Shown: positions 41,409 through 56,495 of the stretch, piece by piece | Layout of the letters: each line of letters starts with the position of its first letter | How positions within the stretch are numbered: position 1 is the first letter of the stretch | Assembly (NCBI GenBank): GCA_951406725.2 | Contig: OX597828.1 | Span: 59,582,001 to 59,646,000, forward strand | Direction of reading: 5' to 3' | Length of the DNA stretch: 64,000 nt | Source: Octopus vulgaris | Taxonomy: Eukaryota | Program-made: the position numbers and the translations under genes | The notes under the pieces: model-generated | Database searches by the model: none | Seen by the model: the letters and a program-made list of their open reading frames with translations, nothing else | What the model was told of the DNA's origin: nothing

Positions 41409-42190
41409 TGTTGTAATCCTTAATGTCGGATTGATATAACGCCCGTTCTGGTATAGCATAATAGTTAGTAAGACAATAAGACCACGACTACTTGTGACTG
41501 TCTACTTCGTACACTCTACCGACACTTACTGATTGTATTTATAATGACTATCACATACTACTCGTCCCGTGAGAGGGGTGTACCATTATTACTATTATGC
41601 CCATCACATCATCCCTTTCAAGTTTTTCTTTTTTTCTTTGGAATTTAATTTTATTTTTTTACTAGCAATAATTTTGTATCAACCCCATCTCCCATATTTG
41701 AGATTTTTTTGCGTTTGGCATCCATTTCCAGGGACTCTGTTCATTTTTGTTTCTTAGGCTTGTGCTTCTGAGTTCAATTACTTTGAAAAATATCATATAA
41801 CCATTCCATTGGTTCTTCCGTTCTCTTGGGTTCACTTTCAAGAAATCTCTTTTTTCAGTTGGTTCATGTGTCTCTTGTACACGCCTTTTCTACTTTTTAC
41901 CAAGTATAGCATTTTTCCAATGCATTTGGCATTCACGTCATGTTCCCAACTCTGTTTTCCGTTCTTATATGCCATCACAAATAACTTTTCGTCAATTTTG
42001 AAAAATTAGTTTCCGTTGCAATTATATTTTTCTTTCCAGGTTGCAATTCCTGTAAGTAAGACCACGACTATCTATGACCGTCTACTTCGTACTCTCTACC
42101 GACACTCACTGACTGATTGTATTTATAATGACTAGCAGATACTACTCGTCACGCTGGAGCGGTTAGGGTTAGGGTTACTATTTCCCCCAC
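41409..42190 (-). mobile_element. Gypsy-like LTR retrotransposon remnant
   Basis: ~95-bp direct repeats (~41477-41567 / 42057-42150) with a minus-strand TATAAATA and an ..ACAACA end at 41409. Between them is an integrase C-terminal-like FKIDEKLFVMAYKNGKQSW..GKMLYLVK..YKRHMNQL. Confidence 0.7.
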
Positions 42191-44176
42191 AATACTTAAT
42201 CTGTAGCAGCAAATAGGTCGTTCATGCACCAATTTAAATTGAAGTAATACATAACTGAATCGCTAAGGATTCCATATTGCAAGGAATATGGATGGGAAAG
42301 AAACTTGTCAACATACGTTGCAAGGAAATAACTTTGTTGGGAATTTACGATCCGAAAGTTGGAAGTGGAATAGAGCTCTTTGGTGTAAAATTCAGATGAA
42401 AACGTAATATGCCCGACGCGTTTCTTAGTACGTAAACTCTATTGATACCAAAACTAACAGTGTTTTCGCCGGAGATTTCTGAAACAATTTTACTTGTGTA
42501 ACATAAAACAGCAAGCAAGTGAATATCCGTAAACGTTATTTGTCCTAACTTCTTCCGGCTTCATTGTCTGAGTTAAACTTCTGACGAGGTCGACTTTGCG
42601 TATCATCTTTTTGAGGTTGATGACGTATGTACCAATAAAACATTGGGGTCGATGTAATTGACTAATACCCTGACCCAAAATTTCAGTCCAGCCTATAATA
42701 GAAAGGGTTATTTGTGATAACCATATAGATGTATACATATGATATGATAAATAAGGATTTATTTATGCATGTATCCATTTCATTAAAACTATGGGTGTGT
42801 TTCGCTACAAGAGTAGTATGAATGACGACCAAGCAAAGTTTAAAGAAATAGAGTTTAAAAATATTATTGGCGGTGTTTTGATCAGTTCTGTGGGAAATTG
42901 TAGATAATTCTGAATAAGTCAATGAAATCAATGAGCTTCGTAACAGCATGGGTCATTGATTACTTTGTTTACTTAAATCTTAGAGTAGGAAACTGCGGAA
43001 TGTTTATCTAATTTGCCAGTTGTTCGCTCCAGAAGAACTCTCTTTCCATCATCTCCCTGTCGATACAAGTGAGTATGATTTTTATTTAGCTCAACTGTAT
43101 TTCTTGCGAAAGAGTATAAACGGATTTATTTGAAAGCTGAGTCAAAATTGTATGAATGTATTTCCTATTACAATTATACCCCTCCGGGAACAAAATCTTC
43201 CATATGAGGATTCAACAATCATAAATATCTTTTCAAACATAACTGGCTACGAATTTCATAAACAGACGGTATAATAGTTTCTCTTTATCTGTAAAATTGG
43301 TAACCTCTATTGTTTACTTCTTTTCGTTTCTTTTTGATTCAGATATTATGCTCTAAATTATGATGGTATGAATCTTTTGATAAGTTATTAAAATGCTAAT
43401 ATCATGTTTATTAGCAACATAAATTGATTTTGTATCGAAACTTACATAGATTTCTTAACAATTATAACCAAATAATACGAACTTCATTTCCAACTGGCAC
43501 AATGACTGTAGTATATAAAACAGCGTCGAAACTCTGCTGATTCTTAGAGGGGTTTTCTTTTACTCTCTGTTGTTATCTTTATTTAGATTACAGATGTTGA
43601 GTTCATAGATTAGTAGAAAGCAAACCATTGAATGTTATTAGAAAACAAATGACTGTTTATGAGAAAAGAGGATTAGATTAAAATATAAACAGGTTAGATG
43701 TCACCAAAAATAAAATAAATTGTATCGTTTCATCTCCTGCGTTAATTTTTGCACCCAATAATTGTGTCATACAGTAATTGAAATTTTGTGTTAAAATTTA
43801 CACCTCATTCAGCTCAATTAGCAATGAAATCAACACTACATCAGTTCTGTCAATTTTCAAGAAATATAGAGCTACTAATGAGGCAGACATTTTTGAAGAA
43901 AAAAAACGGATAAATCTATTCTCACGATATCATTAAATTAAAATATATCAAGTTAAAATTTACCTAAAATATATATTTCCTAAATGATATTATCATTAAT
44001 AATAGCATTCATTAGCGGTATGGGTGAATCATTGCATTCGTAAAAAAACATCGATATTCATCCTTTATAAGGAATTCCGACATAAACGGTAGCGGTTAAG
44101 TGATAAACTGTAAATGATATCGATTGCGAGGACAGTTTTTTCGTTTCGTATTTTCGTGCTAAAATTTTGCGCTGCT

Positions 44177-44330
<154 letters not shown>

Positions 44331-44335
44331 TGTAC

Positions 44336-44374
<39 letters not shown>

Positions 44375-45094
44375 TGTACATATGTGTATATATATCAGCT
44401 TGATGTTTTAGAGTGTGCCCTTTTCGGATATATAGAACTAGCAATCATATATACAGTGTGGCCCAAAAGTAGGTTTACAGTTATTTGACTATCTCTTTCA
44501 CATTAATATATTAACAGTTTAGATTTTAATTATAAAAAAATATAAAATCATTACTATATACTAAATTCGCATGAACGCACGCACACACGTCTATATACAC
44601 ACATCCCCGCACATACGCACACATCCACATGCGCGCACAAAAGATTCCATATACACGTCTGTATACGCACAGGGAAAATGCAGGGTGGAAGGTAGAATGC
44701 AGAAAAAATACGTGTAAAAAATATATGACCAATGAACGTATAAAACAATATCTCTACAAATATGTAAAAGAAATATATTAAAAAATATATAAATATATAT
44801 AAAAATATATGAGAAATGTAAGTAAAAAGTACAGAGAGATAAAAATCTTGTACGTGGAGGACAATATAGAAAGCAAGTCCTATCTGTAACACCGGTTAAA
44901 AAATATGAGAAATTATACTGTGAAAAAATTTCAGGGTGCCACTCTAAATATTTTTCTCTTTGTCTACAAAAGATGTGGGAACAGAGAGAGATAGATAGAG
45001 ATAGATAGAGACAGTTAGATACCAGTTTCAATTTTATTGCAAATCTATTTGCAACCTCAGTAAAATCTACACACATGTATAAACATGGATACAA

Positions 45095-45240
45095 TTCACT
45101 AATACACTAAAATCCAACATAGTTCTTTAATTAAGAGATGAGCAATTATGTACATTATTTACAATTGACGGAAAGTTGTCCGCATATTATTTGTTAACAC
45201 AACGTTTCGGCTGATATACTCTCCAGCCTTCATCACCTGC
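45095..45240 (-). mobile_element. PLE pseudo-LTR fragment with truncated HHR (45197-45240)
   Basis: GTGATGAA-GGCTGgagagtatatCAGCC-GAAA-CG-TT-gtgt; C3 and the 5' strand of stem I are missing. Confidence 0.55.
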
Positions 45241-45770
45241 AAAATCCAATATGTCAAACACTTTTAAATATCTTACAATCAACAACTAATCTAATGTAAT
45301 TATCTACACTGCTCGTACTTCCCATGCAGAGCATTTGACTTTATTACGTAATAGTTACTTAGTAAAGGAATTATGATAATTAAATTAATGTATTTTGTAG
45401 ATATTTTAAAAATATTCATGCATTTCAAATATTTGGATCAACTACATGACTCATAAATACATAGTAATTTCTTATATATGTTTCCCTGAGATATTACTTA
45501 GATATAAATGTTATAGAAACAATAGAAATAATTTTATGCGATTATAAGTAACTATTTTGAATTTGATATGCAGTATCATTATAACACGAGTTGTTTGGTT
45601 TAAAGATCGCGGGTCTGATTCAAATTACACGATATAAGATTACGCGTTTTAGGTATTGAACGTCATTAACAAAAAGAAGAAAAAATACAGTTTCACATTC
45701 AAATCGTCCGTTATTAAAACAGCAACAGACTTAATATTATGGGTAAAAGATTTGTTGTTGCAGCCGTTGC

Positions 45771-46083
45771 TGTTGCTGTTGAGCGAAGCGGTCTTCGTCC
45801 CAGAGCTCGCAATGGGAGAAGTTCGAATCGTGGTCCTTTGCTATCGACGGATGGTTGAATGCGCATCCAGGCTCAGCGGTTGCGTAGGAAATCGGGGACA
45901 AGAAACAGGAAGAAAGAGTGAGAGAAAATTGGGGCGAAAGAGTACAGCAGGGGTCACCACTTAGAGCCTCGTGGAGCTTTTAGGTGTTTTCGCTCAATAA
46001 ACACACACAACGCCCGGTCTGGGAATCCGCGATCCTCCGACCGCCAGTCCGCTGCCCTAACCACTGGGCCATTGCGCCTCCAC
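45771..46083 (-). mobile_element. tRNA-derived SINE, head R with tail A (internally deleted)
   Basis: Homologue of 2744-3131; imperfect TSD ttgttgcagccgttgc / ttattgcagctgttac. Confidence 0.9.
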
Positions 46084-47230
46084 TTATTGCAGCTGTTACG
46101 TTATTGTTTTTATTGTTGTTGTTGTTGTTGTTAGGAGAATCAAGAGAACGAAGACGAAGAGATAGCAGAAATCTTGATGTGCCAGTCTTGCTTTATATTT
46201 CCCGGATTTTCAGATGCAGAGTCTATCTTCACATTTCATATCTGCGGAGACGAGAAAATAAAATACTAGACTGATACTCGGGTCAATGCTTTCGTTTTTT
46301 TTTCTTAATTGTTATCCTTAAATTAATTTAACAATTAAGAAAAAAAATGAAAGGCTAAAACGAAAGCAAAAACTCAAAACAAAAACAAGACTAATAATTT
46401 TAGACACACGCGTAACAATTAAATTAATTTAACAATTAAGAAAAAAACGAAAGGCTAAAATTTAGGGTTATGGACAGGATGCTGTCTCAGTTTTAGACGC
46501 AGCAAATAATTTTAGCTCAATAGAGGCCATAGGATTGGTTAAAATTCGAACAATTAATCTACGTTAAACTTACAAATTACAAATTTCTCAAGAAAGCCAA
46601 GAGAAAAAAATGTTTTATTTTGATACATTCTACCAGTATACGAAGTTTAAAAGTGTTTAGTTAACTAGAAATTGTGTTGAAAACTGCCGTTCAAAAGGAA
46701 AAGATCCTAAACATCTATTCCGGAGATATGACTGTGACTTATTTCATTTAAATACTTAGATCTTATAATTTGATAAGGAAATAAATAACTTCTCTTAATT
46801 ATAAAAAAAGTTAAGTTACTTTCGATTAAATTTCGCAGACGATAGAATAATTATTTTTCTATTACCCATCATATACGCTGTGAATTACAAATTTCACACT
46901 GCAATGAGACCGCTACCTTGTCCTGCTGATCGTTTTGTTTCACATGTTAAATGAAGCTTGCAGTAAATAGTAGCTTCAATTTAAAAATCGCATATCATTG
47001 CTGAAGGGGAAAAATCATTTTAATCATAATAATCTCATCAAACCGATTTCACTGAACATGGACTGAAATTGATTTCTAACTCGATATAGTTTTCGTAATA
47101 ACTACTATTTCCATATTTCTACCCAATATTTTGTACAAAAAGTATAATTATGTTACGGATGAAGTGAATTAGAAATTCTGCTAACATCTCTTTGGCTACA
47201 TGTTTTATATAATTTGATATATATATTTCT

Positions 47231-47281
<51 letters not shown>

Positions 47282-47290
<9 letters not shown>

Positions 47291-47454
47291 TTTATGTATT
47301 GGCTTATGTTTTTCACTGTTTGATTTGCCTAATAGTGGTTTTATCTCTAATTTAATATTATATAATATAATATATTTATACTATAAAATTGGATTTAATC
47401 CTAAATCTAATTTTTCCTTGTAAGTTTGGATTTATTCCCTAATATTATTATTAT

Positions 47455-47519
<65 letters not shown>

Positions 47520-47742
47520 ATATATTAGGGAATAAATCCAAATTTACAGGGAAAAAAATCAGATTTAGGATTAAATCCAATCTTATAGTAAAATATTATA
47601 AAATATTATTAGAGACAAAACCACTATTTTGCAAAACAAACATAAAATTTTAATAAATAGTCAAAAAAACCGCCACTACAATTGTTTCTTGTCTTGATCG
47701 ACAATCTTCAGGTGGACTTCCAATAAGTCAGTTTCAAATTAT
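47282..47742. mobile_element. Two PLE pseudo-LTR copies tail-to-tail around a (TA)n tract
   Basis: Inverted arms ~47320-47455 / 47515-47640; the right arm is homologous to 61632-61776. Confidence 0.75.
47673..47715 (-). ncRNA. Canonical minimal hammerhead ribozyme
   Basis: ccac-CTGAAGA-TTGTCgatcaaGACAA-GAAA-CAATTG-TA-gtgg: consensus core, palindromic stem III, GUA triplet. Confidence 0.85.
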
Positions 47743-50179
47743 ATATATATATATGACATGTTTTTTCTGCCCTCTCATTAATATTTAGAGAGTATATACC
47801 AAACACAAATCAAGACTATAGAAGACCAGCTAAACAAATGTGTGATAAATATATTTTTAAAAGAAAGCTCTGACAAAAAATAAGTATGGCTTTTGTTAAT
47901 GCCGTGGTGGTAACAATAAACCAACAAGTACTTATCTATATCTTTGTCCAGCATCGATATACGAATAGTCTCTATATCATATGAAGGCTACAAGCGTTTC
48001 CAGGTGACTTTCTATTGTGCGACAGTACGACGTCCCCTGTCGAAAATGAACTGGACCACTACATATAAATAGTAGCGATCTGAGTAAGTGAAGCAGGTCG
48101 TGCTTTTTCCACGGTTCGTGTGTTTATAGTTCAAAGTTGGATTTCAAAGTTCACAGTTCGAGTTAGTGTGCTGCATTGTTGCTTCTTAAAAGATTGTTGT
48201 TGCGTTCTGTGTGTTTATTGCCGTGTTTTCGATTATATTGTTATTACACTGTTGCAGTGTATTCGTTTATCCATAAGAATATAAGAGTTTCTTACAATTC
48301 TGTTTCTGGATTCTGTTTCTGAGCGCTTTGTTCTATGATAAGTGTCACTTAGGACATGGAAACATTAGAATAGCATAGCGCTAATTTTAAGTTTTTCGAG
48401 AAGTGATTTCAAGTCATAATTTTATTTAGGTTTTCATTTACAGTGAGGCGGCGAGAATCGCTGGTACCCTCGGGCAAAATGTTTACCGATGTTTTCTTCA
48501 TCTCTTTCGGGGTCGAAAACATAAGTACTGTTTGGTACTGGAATCGATATAATCGACTTATCCCCTTCTCCGTGAATGCTGGTCTTGTTCCAAAATATAA
48601 GGCCAAATGTTTACTTAAAATAAAACTCAGATATGATATTAGAATTTATGATTTATTTGTGTTTTTATTTAAATTTAATATGCTAATGACGCCACAAATA
48701 TAGGAAGAATGTCTCTCGTACTAAAGATATAAAATCTAGTTCAGACCACCATTAAGCCATTTATTTACCTGATATCATTTCTGGAAATGCTAACATAAGG
48801 AAAGAAATAACGAAAGGCTATCTCAAAATTTCCCTGTTCTTTGTATAATGTTACTTTAGAAAACAGGTTTTTCCCTCCCAAAATATATAAAACTTTTCCT
48901 TTGTTTATTATTTGAACAGTCGGAGGTGGCGAGCTGGTCCACTCGGGGAAATGTTTAGCGGCATTTTGTCTATCTACGTTCTGAGTCCAAATTCTGCCGA
49001 GTGTTGATTTCCTTTTCTTTGTTGTAGAGCCGATAAAATAATTACAAATTGAGTACTGGGGTTGACATAATCGACTTACCGAAACCCCCGAAAATGCTGA
49101 CTTTATTCTAAAGTATAAAACCAATATTTGTATAGTTATCATTTATTGTGGAAATAATAAAACAAAATGGAAAAACTATCATGGTTTAACAATTAAAGTA
49201 ATTAGAAAAGCTTTATAATTTTGCAGCAGTGATTTAAGTGCCAGAGTACTTGTCAGTCAATAGAGCTCATTAAAATGGAGACTTCTCGTTGGAATCGACT
49301 GCTATTCCATTGCTTTTATTTGCCATTACAGAGTTGCGCTATATTAAGTGGAAATCATTTTTCTCTTATAGGAATATTCGACCACACTTTTAATTGTGAT
49401 ATCATTGTAAAAGTCCAGTAGTAAAAGTCACTCTCAACTTGTTTGATAGCTTCATTAGCGTTTACCTAGATACGAGATAATGATTTAATAAACAGAAAAT
49501 ATATATGTTAATCAACACATAATGTTGAAATTGACTGTTAATTTTCTGATATAATTTCTTATTGAATTTAATGAATGATGTGATTTATTGAGTTTTACAA
49601 CACCAGACTTTTAGCAATGGTAAATAGTTAACAGTATATAAAGTGTGTACATTTTACAAAGTTCACACAAGCGTTGATTTCTACTTCAAGTAACTCATTG
49701 TGCGTTAATATTCTTTTGCCTTGAAAGCCTTTATTTCCTTCAATTAATACTTTTGTTTGAAATTCCTTCAAAAATATTTTCGCGGTTGAATAATCCAGGT
49801 TCAGATAATTTCGATACCATAAATACGTTGTTTCTGTGTGGAGTATTTTTCAGCTAATCCAATTTTCTCGCCCCTCTTACAATGTTTTGCCACACATAAA
49901 CACGCTAGAGACATTTGCTTCACAAAAAAGTTTCCCATATTTAAACCTTGACTTTCATTGTTTTGGAAAATATCTTTCAATTGAATTATACGATTCTTTG
50001 ATATTATTTTTTCTGCTTGATCTTCTATGTTATGCTAATGTTACTTCAAATGAAAGTAAAAAAGAACCAAAACATATTTTAAGGCTATGTTTTTGCTACA
50101 TTACGTGTCTTACTTTGCAAAAATTACGAACATTTGTTTGTTATTATGTATTAAATCATTATCTGTATATGATTAAGAC

Positions 50180-50240
<61 letters not shown>

Positions 50241-50545
50241 GGTTAACTGATGTTATTTAAACCAGTTATATTAGTAAAGGTTATTTTGTAGAATTAAATT
50301 TACTTTAGATAATCACGAATTTACATGAGAACATCAGTGAAATTACCACCATTATTCTTCACTGTTATGATTAATATATTATTTTTATTCATCTCATGCG
50401 TCACTTATTACCATGATCCGTCTTGTGAGACATATGTATCAGAATAAAATTTTCAGTTACATTCCTGATACAATGGGATTTCAGAGAAATCAATAGGTAA
50501 GCATTTACTCTTTTTGTATAATATAGAATAAAACTTAAGTTTATA

Positions 50546-50782
50546 TATTTGTTTTGCAAGATTTTTGATGTGAAATCGTATGTTGAAACATATATTGTTG
50601 TATTTAGGAATGGCCATTTTGCCAGTTTAGCCAATAAACTGATGCGGTCACAGGAGTGTGACGAAAGAACTCTGGCCGAAATAAGATTAAGATTAATGTA
50701 AAAATAAATAAACACCAAATATATAGTGCGTTTGTTTTTATTGGCTAAACTGGCAAAATGACCATTCCTAAATACAACAATA
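50546..50782. mobile_element. Inverted pair of PLE pseudo-LTR fragments (family of 11187 HHR)
   Basis: Inverted repeat 50593-50638 / 50737-50782; the plus arm starts exactly at the HHR core CTGATGCG (50639). Confidence 0.8.
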
Positions 50783-53340
50783 GAATAAAACATTTTTGCA
50801 CAAGCCGTGTGTGCAAATGATAACATTTTATGTGTAAAATAAATTTTATATTATCAGGGTAGAGTTATTCTCTTTTAGTGCTTTATTAAATAAGCACACA
50901 AATCGGTCTGATTTCCACTCATTTACTTATTTGTTTTTAATTAAATTTTTGTTGTGTCTTGCAAACTTTCCAATTGTCGTTGATTGTGTCCGTTATCGGA
51001 GCTGCGTTCTTTTCTGTGCGCATGCGTCTTCATAAGTGTGCGTGCGCATACACATATGTATGTATATATGCATCTATGTGTGTGTATGCATATATGTATA
51101 CATGTTTGTATATATGTATGTACGTAATCTGCATGTATGTTGTATGCTTGCATGTGTTAATTCGGCTGTCCAGCGGCTAGGGCTCCCAGTATATCAAGGA
51201 ATACTAAAACACACTTCACAAAGAAAATATACACAGAAATCAACCATTACCAGAAACGAAAGAGGATCCTATTGCATGAACTGAAGAACACAACTACACT
51301 ACACGAAAGAGACAGACTCATGACAAACATCCAACAAGAATACCGAGTAAGCCATGCCCTGTAACAAACACTTCAACAACAAGCTCAAGTGACAATATGG
51401 ACGCATACTTTGATGAATAAAACTATTCCTTGTATTTATAAAATATTAGTAAACCTTTTTTTCGTTTCTACACATTTCAATATTTGACGACCTAATATAT
51501 ACACACAATATATTATGGTTTGTTTCGTACCATACTTTCGTTTGCATGAGTATCCCTACAAACACAGGGGACTAGGGCTGTTTTCATTTCAGAATATGTG
51601 AAGCCCAGTTTTATATAATCTTTGTTGTAAAAATGAAGCTTAACAATTTTTCCTATGCCCTTCTCACTTACTGATACAGGTCGTTCAACAATTGTTTGGG
51701 TGGTTTCCTTCGTAGCTGTTAAATTTTGCTCATTGGAAATGTCATCTTCTGCAAAATGTTCTCATATAAATTAAAAACATCCATTTTATGGGTAATTTAA
51801 TTATATTTCATGAATAAGTTGATTTATTTATAAAGTTATGATAACTAAACATGTAATTAATATCACCGGCACTAAGTACGATAAAATTAATTAGAACAGC
51901 CGGTTCCTAAGGCTAAGCACGCGAGAATGATGAACAAGGTGCAAGTGTAACATGAGTTAAATGTGATTTCATAATTATTAGTTCAACCTTAATACCAGTA
52001 TAGGTGAGCAATAACTTTAGGCAATTTGAAAGCAGTTCCAGTGTGTTACGCTCACTGAAACAGATGCATATTTGAAATTTTTTAATCGATTTTCAGTTTA
52101 CTTCGGACTAGGGAATAGCACTTGTAGTATGTTTATTCCTTTTAAGCTGAATAAAATACAATGAAAATGAGGGTTATATAATGAAGATTACTAGTGCCTT
52201 TTTTTTAAAAACCGTTTCTCCAAACATAAAGTGGATAATGATAACCGGTAGGTACATGCATTGACATGTTCGCTACGCTAACAAACAGATTCTGAAAAGC
52301 TGAAACAAATTGGTATTGGGTATTTTATATATTGATTTCCCGTACGTTTGCGACACACCTACGCCCTACTGGCGACACTCTAATGTATCGCGATACACAG
52401 TTTGGTAAACATTGATATAAATGAATATAGCAAGAAAAATATTAGCTTTTATGTGAAGATTAATATTATGCCAAAATTTCTTTTCCTTGTATTATATATG
52501 AAATAGGTGACCTTTTCAGTTTTCCTCTAGTAATATACTTAATCAGTGTCTTGTATTCTTGCTGATATTTCGATTATTTAACCCAAAATTCCAGAAAATA
52601 TTATTTTTGTTCGGTAATTGGCAATTTAAGCAGCAAGGCGTTCTTAATCTTTAAATCATAATTTTGCCCAAAGCAGCGCCGAACGGAATTGTTCAGGTAT
52701 CTATTTACTATTCAGCTGTGTCAAAAAATAAGACCCGTGCAAACTAAAAGGAAAAAAAATTATATTATTGTCAATTAATTTTCCGTCAGGCGATGCATGT
52801 GAATAATAGCATGTTTTTGAAACAGACGATTCTGATGTTTGACTTTATGAACACGAAAATGTCCCTAAAAACTTAGTTTCCATACTGCATACTTTTATCA
52901 TGTGCTTTGGAAACTGTTGTATTTCTCTGTACATATGTGTCTATTTTCAAACTGTATTTCGCAGCAAATTTTCGAAACACAGTTTAATGTGTGTATGTGT
53001 ATTTAAATATGTGTGTGTGTGTGTACGTGTGTCTGTGTGTGCGTGGGCGTATTTAAATATGTATGTGCGTGTCTGTGTGCATATCTGTGTATGTGTTTGT
53101 GTACGTGCGTGTATGTGTGCGTGCGTGTGCGTGCGTGTGTGTGTGGGGGTGGTGCTTTCAAATAGTAACCGACTTTATTCTTTTCCCACGAAAGCTTATG
53201 CACTGATAGTCTACTTGATTAGATGTTTATAGGATCCTAAGTTGTCATATAATACCTATCCATTCCTCTCCTATGTCAGTGCACGCATGCACGCGCACAC
53301 ACACATACATACACACAAACACACATATTCATACATATAC

Positions 53341-53379
<39 letters not shown>

Positions 53380-53876
53380 AGTAATTGCATAATTATATAT
53401 ATAATTATATATATATGTAGAGGTTTGTGTATACAGGTACGTACACAGGGGCCTGCTCGTGTGTGGGTGTGCATATGCGTGTGCACGTGTATGTGTGTGT
53501 GTTAACTTTACATATGTCTGAAAAAGTTTCATTTAAACAGGACTAAATTTTCTCTGAATCACTCGGTAACTTACGTGTTTATGTATATCATAAACAATCG
53601 TGATCGTGTGTGAGGCGGCGATTCGACAAATTCATTAGAACCACGGAGAAATGCCACGTAGAATTTGGTTTCACTGTCTTCTCTCTTCGTTGAAATCTCA
53701 CCGAAGTCAACTTCGTATATATATTTTTTTTTTTGCGGGAAATAATATAAATAAAGATATAGGTCATTAGATTGGCTAAATAGTCAGAACATCTTTCCAA
53801 ATGCGTAGCTGCAATGGTTTCGGCTGTTGGCCTTCTGAGATTAAATTCGACTATGGTTAGTTGCGCTGTAGCCTGC

Positions 53877-54187
53877 TCAAAATCTCTCGTGGAAGTGTCA
53901 TCCAACCAAAGTACAAATATATGGGAAATTACCACCTGTATCATCTCTTGTGAAAGGTAGGAGAGTCCAGTTTGCTGGACATTGTTGTAGAGCTGAAAAG
54001 GAGGTAATTTATACTCTTGAAGCCATCTGATTGCGATACCAGAGGGCACACACTCTCCTACCCTGATGTAATCTCCAGGGATACAGGCATCCAGCAACAG
54101 GACCTCCGTAATGCTATGATGGACCGATAAGTCTGGCGTAACATAGTAAATTCCATTGTCTCGACCACGGTTGAACAATGATGATGA
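53877..54187 (+). mobile_element. 5'-truncated RTE-type LINE 3' end with 10-bp TSD
   Basis: RRVQFAGHCCRAEKE..YPDVISRDTG..AMMDR*VWR; (GAT)n tail; TSD tgtagcctgc at 53867-53876 / 54188-54197. Confidence 0.85.
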
Positions 54188-55370
54188 TGTAGCCTGCAGC
54201 TGTCATCCACTTCTACCTGACAGCTTCGTTGCTTGTGTTTGAACCCGCTGTATTATTAACATCGGGCCAGCTCTAGGTCTTGATGCTACCTCTCTTCCTC
54301 TCTTCATTAAACCAGTTTTTGTAAATGTAGTTTTACAGCTACAGCAACTACCTCTTTTCCATCAACTATTAGCGATTGAATTACGTCTTGAGAGATATGA
54401 GTATAGATATCACTGCTTCTGGTATTTGCTTTCCGTTCCATTCGCTAAGATAAATGAGATATTTTCACTTACAGCTGAACGATTTCTTTAGTCTATTTAA
54501 ACGTGCAGTTATTTTGTCTGGTTCGTTCCGTCTACATTACAGAATTCTTTCTTATCTTTATCACGTGCAACATGACGATGATGAACTTGCTGTTGAACAT
54601 TTGAACATTTTAATCGCCATCTTCATTGCAGCTACAGCTATCTACCCTTCGTCTTTTCCAAATTATTTTTTGGAAATAAACTCTTCGACATGATCCCCTT
54701 ATTTTTTAATCTGAAGGAGTCTAGCTTCAAGGAGAAATGTCTGCTCATAGTAGACACTCATAGATCTTCTATAAAGGTCTTCGACATTTTCCCTCGCTTT
54801 CATAAGAAGATCACAACTTGAGAAATGTTGTGCAACCAAAACTGGTCAATACACTTTTACTATTAGTCTCTATCAGCAACGTCAGCCGCTTCATTAAGTC
54901 TAATACTCCATTCGTTTAAACCACCATTACCTTTTTGAATGTAATTGCCTCAAGGCTGACTCAAAACAATGAATCGCAATAGCTTTACTTTTCGAACACG
55001 TAGAGTGACCGGATGTTTATGTGAATTTTCTCAATGCATATTCAATGAAAAATAATATTTTTGCATTTAAAAATGCATTAACTGCTTGCGTGATTTCAGT
55101 TGGATATTTATTATTATTTTTGTAAAACATCTGCAAAGGAAAATTAAAAAATGACAGCGATGTCCTTCGTTTATCAATTCTTTAGCTATTTAAGTTATTT
55201 TTTATACATGCAATATCCTATAATAGTAATAAACCATTATCTTATTCGACGCACACGAATAAATTTAATATCAGCATTTTGTATATATAGAAAATAGTTC
55301 AACAAAGCGGGTAGAAAATATGATGGTATAATATTACTCACTTTCAGTTCGTGGATATGTTTATCAAATG

Positions 55371-55754
55371 TGGAGGCGCAATGGCCCAGTGGTTAAGGCA
55401 GCGGACTCGCGGTCATAGGATCGCGGTTTCGATTCCCAGACCGGGCGTTGTGAGTGTTTATTGAGCGAAAACACCTAAAAGCTCCACGAGGCTCCGGCAG
55501 GGGATGGCGGTGATCCCTGCTGTACTCTTTCACCACAACTTTCTCTCACTCTTACTTCCTGTTTCTGTTGTACCTGTATTTCAAGGTGCCGGCCTTGTCA
55601 CTCTCTGTGTCACGCTGAATATCCCTGAGAACTACGTTAAGGGTGCACGTGTTTGTGGAGTGCTCAGCCACTTACACGTTAATTTCACGAGCAGGCTGTT
55701 CCGTTGATTCGGATCAACCGGAACCCTCATCGTCGTAACCGACGGAGTGCTTCC
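55371..55754 (+). mobile_element. tRNA-derived SINE, head R with tail C, 14-bp TSD
   Basis: TSD atgtttatcaaatg at 55357-55370 / 55755-55768; head shared with 2744 and 22387 copies, unrelated 3' half. Confidence 0.92.
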
Positions 55755-56264
55755 ATGTTTATCAAATGGATTGCTGTAAGTAACGGGAAAAAATTCAGTC
55801 AAAAATACCGACATTCAAAGACAAAATATCATATGCTATGTTATTTTAATTGATTCCTGTTTTACAATGTAAACATAAAAATATTTGGCAATCTACTTCA
55901 CAAGAAACATTTTCTTTAATTATCGATTATACCTTGTTTCTAACATTTGTTTTACAGACAATTGTTCTCTCTCTGAATTAAAACTATTTATTCAATATAA
56001 GTCTTCTTTCTGATCTTGATATTACTCTTTTTCATCTTATTGGTTTCATAGTATTAAAATACATTACATACATACGCACTTATATAGACACACATACTAT
56101 AATACATTTCAGAATAATACATGCATATGCGTTTCAATGTATGACTATTTTCTCCTATCCGTCTTTCTTCTGTGTATAGCTATCGCTGGGAAATACGCTT
56201 CGACCACAGTACTGCAGCTTTGTAAATAATTATTCTTTGTCCTTTTGTGATTTCAGCGCCTTTC

Positions 56265-56495
56265 TTATTTCTTTATTGCCCACAAGGAGCTAAACATAGA
56301 GGGAGCAAACAAGGACAGACAAACGATTAAGTGGATTACATCGACTCCAGTGCGTAACTGGTACTTAATTTACCGACCCCTAAAGGATGAAAGGCAAAGT
56401 CGACCTCGGCGGAATTTGAACTCAGCACGCAGTAGCGGACGAAATACCACAAAGCATTCCGTCCGGCATGCTAACGTTTCTGCCAGCTCGCCGCC
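56265..56495 (-). mobile_element. SINE (ggcggcgagctggcaga.. family)
   Basis: Close homologue of 18649-18870. Confidence 0.9.

Noticed and set aside
48016-48296. Possible solo LTR (TG...CA with TATAAATA)
   Set aside because: No TSD and no second copy in the window.
53588-54178. 196-aa minus-strand ORF
   Set aside because: Antisense to an RTE-type LINE 3' end and runs into a SINE.
54200-55040. Possible decayed minus-strand PLE with N-terminal endonuclease (VAQHF motif)
   Set aside because: Too degenerate to translate consistently by eye.
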